Virus record (IMG/VR): IMGVR_UViG_2681813315_000020
DNA: 14,422 nucleotides
Source: a virus
Lineage: Duplodnaviria; Heunggongvirae; Uroviricota; Caudoviricetes
Direction: 5' to 3' (one strand)
Shown: positions 7,422 through 13,192 of the stretch, piece by piece
Layout: each line of letters starts with the position of its first letter
Position numbering within the stretch: position 1 is the first letter of the stretch
The notes under the pieces: model-generated
Told to the model about the DNA's origin: nothing
What the model saw: the letters and a program-made list of their open reading frames with translations, nothing else
Database searches by the model: none
Made by a program: the position numbers and the translations under genes

Positions 7422-7942
7422 GTATCCCCCTTTGCTGCCCGGCGCTGGCGCTTGTGCTTCTCATTCAGCACCATCAGCCGTGTTTCTGCCTCCTGCTGTT
7501 CCTGTGGTGTCACTTCCCCACATGGCTGGCCTTTCAGATCGTAACGTGCGCCACCAGCTATCAGGGCGCGGTAATAGCGCGGAGACTGCGCATAGGATGC
7601 CAGCGTCGCACGTAATACCCCCGGCCCGAATGCCAGCCCCCTGACGGCGATATCCTGCATCAGGTCGTCGAATATCCCCACCTTAAGCGGCTTCGGTGCT
7701 TTATGGCTGAATAAGTCAGGCCACATCTCAGTGAGGCGGTTAACGCGTCGGCGGTTTTTGCGCTGCCTTTTGGTCATATGCTGCCACGGTGTCGCCCCTG
7801 TGGGCTTCTGCTGTGCGTTCTGATTGCCGGGTATCACTTTATGCGCCGATGTGGTTTTATCCTGCTCTTGCGCCGCCTGCGTCGTTTTCTGCGGCGTGCC
7901 GTAAATGCCTTTCGGCTTCCGGTTAATGGTCAGCGTTGTCAT
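7412..7942 (-). CDS. FinO/ProQ-family RNA-binding (RNA chaperone-like) protein
   Basis: 176 aa; region WPDLFSHKAPKPLKVGIFDDLMQDIAVRGLAFGPGVLRATLASYAQSPRYYRALIAGGARYDLKGQPCGEVTPQEQQEAE matches the conserved ProQ/FinO N-terminal domain pattern (PLKIGIFQDL...LR.AL..YT.S.RY...G..R.DL.G.P.GE). SD GGGGAAGG before ATG 7942. Confidence 0.65.
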   Translation of the reverse strand: MTTLTINRKPKGIYGTPQKTTQAAQEQDKTTSAHKVIPGNQNAQQKPTGATPWQHMTKRQRKNRRRVNRLTEMWPDLFSHKAPKPLKVGIFDDLMQDIAVRGLAFGPGVLRATLASYAQSPRYYRALIAGGARYDLKGQPCGEVTPQEQQEAETRLMVLNEKHKRQRRAAKGDTCQ

Positions 7943-7978
7943 GCCTTCCCCTGTAATTACTCTGTTCGCTGTTGTGAA

Positions 7979-8404
7979 TTAAAACGGTATGTTATCCCCG
8001 TACGGGTCATCGTGCTGGCTTGTCTGTTGTTTTGCCCTGTTCAGTGCGTCAGTGGCCTGGCCCTGTTGACCTTTTTTGCCGCCCGGTCGCGCCGTTCGCG
8101 CACTGATTACGCTGTCTGCAATAACCTGCCAGCCCCGCTGCGTTTCCCCGTTCTGGCCTGTCCACTGGCTCACCTGCATGTTACCCGCCACGCTCACCAG
8201 TTCGCCTTTGTGGTGTTTTGCCAGTGCGTCGGCCTGTCTGCCAAACGCCAGGACAGATAACCACATCGTCGCCGTTCCGTCATCTGCCTGGCTGCATGGC
8301 AGGGGAACCGCCATACTCGCCATCGCCATTTGTGTCCCCTTGCTGGTGGTCTTTAACTGCGGGTCAGCCACCAGCCGCCCGTAAGCCGCTATCTGTGCTG
8401 TCAT
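7979..8404 (-). CDS. ssb: Single-stranded DNA-binding protein
   Basis: 141 aa; OB-fold-like N-terminal region (AAYGRLVADPQLKTTSKG...WLSVLAFGRQADALAKHHKGELVSVAGNMQVSQWTGQNGE), Gly/Gln-rich linker and acidic C-terminal tail ending DDPYGDNIPF, cf. the canonical SSB DDDIPF tail. Confidence 0.8.
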   Translation of the reverse strand: MTAQIAAYGRLVADPQLKTTSKGTQMAMASMAVPLPCSQADDGTATMWLSVLAFGRQADALAKHHKGELVSVAGNMQVSQWTGQNGETQRGWQVIADSVISARTARPGGKKGQQGQATDALNRAKQQTSQHDDPYGDNIPF

Positions 8405-8646
8405 GCTGTCTGCTCTCCGGTTTTAACGTTGATGGTTGTCACCTGTTCCGCTTCGGCAATCTCCCGTTCTGTCAGTGTGGCAAAGTTTGCCGCTGCCGTG
8501 GTCATGAATGCGCTTACCAGTTCGGGATGTGCTTTTGCGTACCCTTCTCCCGCGTTGCGGTCGATGATTTTTATCGCCACCCTCAGCCAGTGTTCTGTCA
8601 AATCAAGGGCGTGAGATTGTGTTTTTTTTGCGTGCTGCGTTGTCAC
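8401..8646 (-). CDS. Hypothetical 81-aa protein between the origin and ssb
   Basis: ORF overlapping the ssb start (ATGA-type coupling). No family recognised. Confidence 0.45.
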   Translation of the reverse strand: MTTQHAKKTQSHALDLTEHWLRVAIKIIDRNAGEGYAKAHPELVSAFMTTAAANFATLTEREIAEAEQVTTINVKTGEQTA

Positions 8647-8691
8647 AGGCTTTACCTCACAGCAATAAAATAAAATTTTTGCATTTTAACC

Positions 8692-8920
8692 CTTCACCTG
8701 TTCACCTTTTGAGATTTTCCCTTTTTATTCATAATGTTAAGGGGTGAACAGTTTCACAAAAACTATTCACCAACTGTTCACCACTGTTCACCCTTAAAGC
8801 TCAATAAATAATCAAAAAGGTGAACAGTGAATAGTTTGGTGAACAGTTCACAAATAACTGTTCACCCTATAATGTACTGATATAAAAGATATTTATAACA
8901 GGGTGAACAGTGGTGAACAG
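8692..8920. repeat. Iteron array (about 12 copies of GGTGAACAG / CTGTTCACC in both orientations) with adjacent AT-rich tract 8663-8690; candidate replication origin
   Basis: Read directly: cttcaccTGTTCACC, GGGTGAACAG, tattcaccaaCTGTTCACCaCTGTTCACCc, aGGTGAACAGtgaatag...GGTGAACAGttcac...CTGTTCACCc, GGGTGAACAGtGGTGAACAG. Lies immediately 3' of the primase/helicase gene, the usual place for satellite and plasmid origins. Confidence 0.75.
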
Positions 8921-8933
8921 TTATTCCATAAGT

Positions 8934-10748
8934 TTAATTTTTGCTGTCGTCATTTGTGACCGATGCACATGATGGCATCCAGTCTTCTGAATCCTCTGTC
9001 AGTGTCACATTTGAACGCAAACCGTGCTTCGTTTTCCGTTTTATATACTCCCTGCCATATTCCGCCATTGCCCCCGGCATATCTTTACCGAAGCGCGTCA
9101 GTGTTACAGGTTTACCGAATCCGTGTGCCCTCATATATGCCAGATAGGCGTGATAAAGATACCTGCGCGGACTGAACGGAATAATTTCGGCATTACCCAC
9201 TAACAGACCATCACACATTACCGACGACATGAGATAGCCACAGAAGTCCACCAGCGAATCGCCCTCGCGTTTTATCACCAGAGCTTCTTCTGATTTCTGC
9301 TGCTCATACAGCAGGCGTTTAGCTTCGTCCTGGTCAGAAAAACGAGTAAGCAGATGGCGAATCACAACCGCCAGCTCTCCTTCTATTTTTTCTGCCAGCA
9401 TGGGGTCGCGCTCGTTCTCCGGTACAACCTCCGAAAAATTGAATATCACCCGACGACGTGAGATCCCCCCGCTGCGGTCACTGAATGACATGGCGTTATT
9501 GTTCACCGCCAGCACGACCGCCTGAATGCGTGTTGAGTAGGGGGCTTTATGCTTCGGGTCGATTGCCACCTTGTCACCGCCTGTAATAGCCTTAATTCCT
9601 GCGCCATCACCAGCGTAGCGGGTCATATCCGGCATGATAATCAGCGAAAAGCCAACCACTAACGCGCGTTCCCTTGCATCTTCCAGCGCCTTCATGCTTG
9701 CCGATACTGTGTTGGCCTTACCCGCCAGCATGGTGCAAATCTCCGCCATCACGCTTTTACCACTTCCCCCTGGACCTGTTACCTCAATGAATAACTGCCA
9801 GTCGTACCGGTTCGCCAGCACCATGAATAATGCAGCCAGCACGCGATCCGTCTTGCGGTCATTCTCTGCCACCGAGCAGCGTAACCACTTCCAGAAATTC
9901 GGCGCATGTGTTGCCAGCGTTTCCCCCTCTGCTGGTGGGCTGAAAGGTAATTCACTGGCAATTAACAACCAGTCGTTTTTGTTATGCTCCCGAAAATTAC
10001 CTGTTCTGGTATCAAATACCCCGTTACTGAATCCAATCAGGTTACGGGCTGTATTCCCCATTACAGGCAAACTTAACTTCATGGTATCGACCGCCGATTT
10101 AATGGCGTTCTGCGAATAGCTGATCTCCGCATCAATGAAAATCTGCGCCATAGCACGCTGTAACTCTTTATCCTGAATCGGCTCCCATACAACGCCGTTG
10201 TAATGGTGAACAGTGTCAGAGTCGGCATGAATCGCCAGTTCACCGCCATAATGTGCCAGGAGAACTTCGCCGCGCTGGCTTGCTCCCATCTGGTTAAGCG
10301 CCAGTGGTGCGGCGCTGTCTTCTGTTTTTTTCTTAACAGGAAGCTGAATCACCAGACCATCAGAAAGATTCTGGCGCTCACGGGCCAGATATTCGCGCCA
10401 GTTCTGCACCTCCTGGCCGTGCATACCCTCAGGATAAAAATTTGCATCCTGTACGCCTGCCGCCGCCAGCTTCTGACCAATCGCCTTTATCATTACTGGC
10501 GCAAGATATCCGGCCCTGAATATGCGCACGGATTTTCTGCCTTCCGGCACAATTTGCAGCTTATCCAGTTCGGATAACTGCTGCTCCCCAAGCCACACAG
10601 GAGGCTCATTATCTCCGGCCATACGCGCGTCATGTTCCTGCCATTGTTTTGCGTGTGACCAGGCATCACTACCCGCAAAAATAATGACTTCTGTTTCTTT
10701 GTGTTTTATGCCGCGTGACTGCTGTTTTACGTTCGGTGCCAGTTTCAT
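8934..10748 (-). CDS. Replication initiator: primase/helicase-type protein with D5_N-like region and P-loop NTPase domain
   Basis: 604 aa; Walker A FIEVTGPGGSGKSVMAE; upstream region resembles the D5 N-terminal-like domain found with phage/plasmid primase C-terminal NTPases. Stop codon abuts the iteron array. Confidence 0.8.
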   Translation of the reverse strand: MKLAPNVKQQSRGIKHKETEVIIFAGSDAWSHAKQWQEHDARMAGDNEPPVWLGEQQLSELDKLQIVPEGRKSVRIFRAGYLAPVMIKAIGQKLAAAGVQDANFYPEGMHGQEVQNWREYLARERQNLSDGLVIQLPVKKKTEDSAAPLALNQMGASQRGEVLLAHYGGELAIHADSDTVHHYNGVVWEPIQDKELQRAMAQIFIDAEISYSQNAIKSAVDTMKLSLPVMGNTARNLIGFSNGVFDTRTGNFREHNKNDWLLIASELPFSPPAEGETLATHAPNFWKWLRCSVAENDRKTDRVLAALFMVLANRYDWQLFIEVTGPGGSGKSVMAEICTMLAGKANTVSASMKALEDARERALVVGFSLIIMPDMTRYAGDGAGIKAITGGDKVAIDPKHKAPYSTRIQAVVLAVNNNAMSFSDRSGGISRRRVIFNFSEVVPENERDPMLAEKIEGELAVVIRHLLTRFSDQDEAKRLLYEQQKSEEALVIKREGDSLVDFCGYLMSSVMCDGLLVGNAEIIPFSPRRYLYHAYLAYMRAHGFGKPVTLTRFGKDMPGAMAEYGREYIKRKTKHGLRSNVTLTEDSEDWMPSCASVTNDDSKN

Positions 10749-11032
10749 TTTTTACCCCCTGCGACCAGCATTTCACGAATTTTGCGGATATGACTTGCTG
10801 CACGTTTCTGATTTACGGCTTTACGATGGCCCACCAGCGTGAAATCACGCCGGAACTGATAAACAGGCATCACGCAGTCATATTCGTAGCCATCACGGCG
10901 GTAAGTGATGCGCCGTTCTGCCACGCCTTTTATCGTTACCGTGCCGCCATAGTTATCCCGGAAAATATCGCCGGGGCGGATTTCAGGCCGAGCGGGGCCG
11001 CTGGCAGTAAAGCCAGAAATTTTCTGTTTCAT
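10745..11032 (-). CDS. Hypothetical 95-aa protein, translationally coupled to the primase gene
   Basis: ORF whose stop overlaps the primase ATG (ATGA); 5 nt after the stop of the upstream gene. Confidence 0.5.
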   Translation of the reverse strand: MKQKISGFTASGPARPEIRPGDIFRDNYGGTVTIKGVAERRITYRRDGYEYDCVMPVYQFRRDFTLVGHRKAVNQKRAASHIRKIREMLVAGGKK

Positions 11033-11037
11033 GGTTT

Positions 11038-11265
11038 TTATTCCGCGTTTATTTTTTTATCGTGAATTTCGATCGCTTTATTTAATTCGACGATTACCGT
11101 ATCGAGTAATGAAATAAACGCACCAGCAAGATTAGACTCACGCTCATCTTCCGGCGCATCACTTAAACCATCAAGCCAGATAAGAAATATTTGCCTCAAA
11201 CATTCACTGTTAGTCAGTGCGTTTTCTGCATGGCTCATTGATTTAAGATAACGGTCATCATGCAT
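11038..11265 (-). CDS. Hypothetical about 75-aa protein
   Basis: ATG at 11265 preceded by GGGGG (MHDDRYLKSMSHAENALT...); overlaps the stop of the upstream gene (ATGATGA context). The track ORF extends to 11310 but that start lacks an SD. Confidence 0.4.
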   Translation of the reverse strand: MHDDRYLKSMSHAENALTNSECLRQIFLIWLDGLSDAPEDERESNLAGAFISLLDTVIVELNKAIEIHDKKINAE

Positions 11266-11494
11266 GGTGCACCCCCTGAATATCTGCGGTAAGAATTTTG
11301 CCTGCCTCATTCAGCGCCATATCAGCACTAAATTGCATAAGAGCCAGTGAGTGAGGAACGAAAGCCCCGGCATATTCTGTTTCGCTGGTGGCGTGCTTAT
11401 GCGCCTTGTCTGCGATAACAGAAATATCAATCAGCGCGTGCATCAGCGTTTTGATGGCTTCGGCGGCTGCGTCCGGTGTGGTTTTATTGTGCAT
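11258..11494 (-). CDS. Hypothetical 78-aa protein
   Basis: ATG at 11494 preceded by strong SD AGGGGGAAA; overlaps the 3' end of the upstream gene. Confidence 0.5.
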   Translation of the reverse strand: MHNKTTPDAAAEAIKTLMHALIDISVIADKAHKHATSETEYAGAFVPHSLALMQFSADMALNEAGKILTADIQGVHHA

Positions 11495-11774
11495 AGGTTT
11501 CCCCCTGGCGAATACGGGCAGCGAATACCATCACGCAGCCATCAGGAGATTGCTGACGCGCTTCCTGTTCGCTGGTGGCCTCAATGGTAATCACGCGCGG
11601 TTGTGCCGTGCTCAGGGCAATAAAACGCCAGATGTATTTATTCAGGTTGTACGAGTCCCGCCCTTGCGGGTGTCTGGTATAATTTCTCATAGCTGCCTCG
11701 ATACGCTTTCTATCGTTGGTGGTTAGACGCCCTGCATGTGTGCCACCACTGCGGGGCGTTGTTGTTTGGTGCAT
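11484..11774 (-). CDS. Hypothetical about 96-aa protein, first gene of the replication operon; weak, unverified resemblance to Icd-like small proteins
   Basis: First ATG is at 11774 (MHQTTTPRSGG...YIWRFIALSTAQPRVITIEATSEQEARQQ...VMVFAARI); the longer track ORF would need a TTG start at 11861 inside the divergent promoter. Family guess is from memory only. Confidence 0.35.
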   Translation of the reverse strand: MHQTTTPRSGGTHAGRLTTNDRKRIEAAMRNYTRHPQGRDSYNLNKYIWRFIALSTAQPRVITIEATSEQEARQQSPDGCVMVFAARIRQGETYAQ

Positions 11775-11859
11775 CGCACCATTCGGTTTTAACCTATCAA
11801 TAAGTGAATCGCACCTCAAGCCTTTCTCTGAAATTTTTTTGTGTATACTGAATCGCACC
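11771..11859. promoter_or_regulatory. Divergent promoter/operator region with three ATCGCACC direct repeats
   Basis: gcATCGCACC (11771-11780), gaATCGCACC (11806-11815), gaATCGCACC (11850-11859). A good -10-like TATACT at 11844-11849 lies just before the third copy, upstream of the plus-strand RHH gene (SD AGAGAGGA, ATG 11880). Confidence 0.4.
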
Positions 11860-11879
11860 AACTTAGAGAGGATTCAGTA

Positions 11880-12059
11880 ATGGCAACAGGTTCAACAAAT
11901 AATAAGTCGCAACAGTTAAATGCCAGATTCCCGCATGATGTTGTTGCAGACTTAGAAAAAAATTTAGATGAAGGTGAAAGCAAGGCGCAATTTATAGTTA
12001 CTGCCGTTAAAGGTGAGATCAAACGCCGCCAGCGCCGCAAGGCCAAAGAGCAGGAGTAA
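11880..12059 (+). CDS. Small ribbon-helix-helix (Arc/MetJ-like) DNA-binding protein, candidate regulator
   Basis: 59 aa from ATG 11880: MATGSTNNKSQQLNARFPHDVVADLEKNLDEGESKAQFIVTAVKGEIKRRQRRKAKEQE; pattern of a short beta-strand (LNARFP) followed by two helices and a basic tail resembles the Arc repressor (FNLRWPREVLDLVRKVAEENGRSVNSEIYQRV). Confidence 0.5.
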   Translation: MATGSTNNKSQQLNARFPHDVVADLEKNLDEGESKAQFIVTAVKGEIKRRQRRKAKEQE

Positions 12060-12101
12060 CCATCACCAGCGCCGTGGTGTAAGGTATTACGGCGCATTGC
12101 T

Positions 12102-12290
12102 ATGCAGGACAACACAATGACCGATAAAGAATTGACCAAAACATTATCACCGACACGGAAAAGACGACGCAGAAAGATAGAGCATGAATCAGAAAGATTC
12201 GCGCCATGTGCTTTTGCCCTTGAGCAATTCCTTAAAGAGTACAGGGAAAAGCGCTCATTGCAGGTATGGCAACGAACTGAACCAGACTGA
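12102..12290 (+). CDS. Hypothetical small basic protein (start may be ATG 12117)
   Basis: ORF MQDNTMTDKELTKTLSPTRKRRRRKIEHESERF...; AGGA lies 9 nt before the second ATG; followed by an intrinsic terminator at 12357-12388. Confidence 0.35.
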   Translation: MQDNTMTDKELTKTLSPTRKRRRRKIEHESERFAPCAFALEQFLKEYREKRSLQVWQRTEPD

Positions 12291-12356
12291 TTGCATTGCC
12301 CACCAGCCGCAAATGTGGCATTGTTGGTGATGCTTTTGTTTTCCCTTGTTCTCACT

Positions 12357-12388
12357 GGCGACCCTTTTGCGGTCGCCTTTGTTTTGCC
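12357..12388 (+). terminator. Rho-independent terminator
   Basis: GGCGACC-cttttgc-GGTCGCC followed by TTTGTTTTG. Confidence 0.7.
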
Positions 12389-12481
12389 TGTTATCCGGCA
12401 ATTGTGGCGCTTCGCCACACGGTTGATATAATTCCCCTGCACTGATCCATTTTTTTCGCAGCAGGTTAATTGTTCAGAAAG

Positions 12482-12510
12482 GCGGTTCCTTATCGGGGCC
12501 GCTTTTTTTA
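12482..12510 (+). terminator. Second candidate rho-independent terminator
   Basis: GCGGTTCC-ttatc-GGGGCCGC (two G-U wobbles) followed by TTTTTTTA. Confidence 0.45.
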
Positions 12511-12622
12511 TGCCTGAAAATACCCGATAACATGGCTTTTTAGTTTCACCAGGACGAACGAAGCCCCGCCCCTGTTCGGGCGTATATCCAGTATTCATGG
12601 TTAGATCTCTGTGTTAGTGGAT

Positions 12623-12647
12623 GGCTGGCGGCGGTGCGCCGCCAGCC
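12623..12647. other. Perfect GC-rich hairpin 3 nt past the alpA stop (no U-tract)
   Basis: GGCTGGCGGCG-gtg-CGCCGCCAGCC, 11-bp stem. Confidence 0.5.
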
Positions 12648-12650
12648 TGA

Positions 12651-12854
12651 TTAGTGAACTGCCTCGCGGCTGTCCTTCCATGCCAGAACTTCGGATAAAG
12701 ACCAGCCAACGGAACGACCGCCGAGTTTACGCCGTGATGGGAATTGTCCAGTCTTCTCCAGGCGATACCGACATGAGCGGCTCAGGCCTGTAAGTTGCTG
12801 ACATTCTTTTTCACGTATAAAGCGATCAGCGCTTAACACTATTGCCTCCGTCAT
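12651..12854 (-). CDS. alpA: AlpA-family transcriptional regulator / excisionase-like winged-helix protein
   Basis: 67 aa (or 62 aa from GTG 12839, preceded by GGAGG): ...DRFIREKECQQLTGLSRSCRYRLEKTGQFPSRRKLGGRSVGWSLSEVLAWKDSR, matching the AlpA signature (R.....TGLSRSTIYRL...G.FP...KLG.R.V.W...EV..W). Downstream of and co-oriented with int as in CP4-57 (intA...alpA). Confidence 0.8.
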   Translation of the reverse strand: MTEAIVLSADRFIREKECQQLTGLSRSCRYRLEKTGQFPSRRKLGGRSVGWSLSEVLAWKDSREAVH

Positions 12855-13110
12855 TTCTCAAAGAGTCATTTGGTGTCTTATTGTGTCGTATTGTTCCCGC
12901 TAGAGTGATGAATGGCAAATATTGGTGACGGTCGTTTTACAGATATGGGGTAATTAGAATAAAAATACTTTTAATTCATTGTGATGTAGTAGCGTAAAAT
13001 TTTGCTTTTACGCCTTTTTTACATATTTTTAAGAGTGATTCGCCAGTGTATAAAAAAACAGTGTACATATAAAAATCAAATGGTTATGAATGAGTTTGAT
13101 TTTTAATCCG

Positions 13111-13173
13111 CTTGTCCCATTTTGTTCCTTGTTGTTCGTCGTTGTGTCTCGTTGTTCCACGTTGTGTCCGTTC
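13111..13173. repeat. Six tandem 10-bp-phased GTTGT(T/G)(T/C)C repeats between the int stop and alpA
   Basis: Read directly: CTTGTCCCat TTTGTTCCtt GTTGTTCGtc GTTGTGTCtc GTTGTTCCac GTTGTGTCcg. Opposite orientation to arrays at 103-130 and 7092-7123; shares an exact 12-mer with 103-130. Confidence 0.65.
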
Positions 13174-13192
13174 TGAAAAATCACGAAAAAAA

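Noticed and set aside
8692-8920. Possible CRISPR array
   Set aside because: Units are only 8-9 bp, occur in both orientations with irregular spacing, have no spacer-like unique segments, and no cas genes are present. Interpreted as origin iterons.
9634-10119. 161-aa plus-strand ORF inside the primase/helicase gene
   Set aside because: Fully antisense to a well-supported 604-aa gene, with no ribosome-binding site or recognisable domain.
11816-12598. 260-aa minus-strand ORF spanning the RHH/small-protein region
   Set aside because: Antisense to two plus-strand genes that have proper ribosome-binding sites and terminators; the translation is Cys/Ser/Arg-rich low complexity with no motif, and it would need a start inside the divergent promoter. 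Judged a spurious long ORF.
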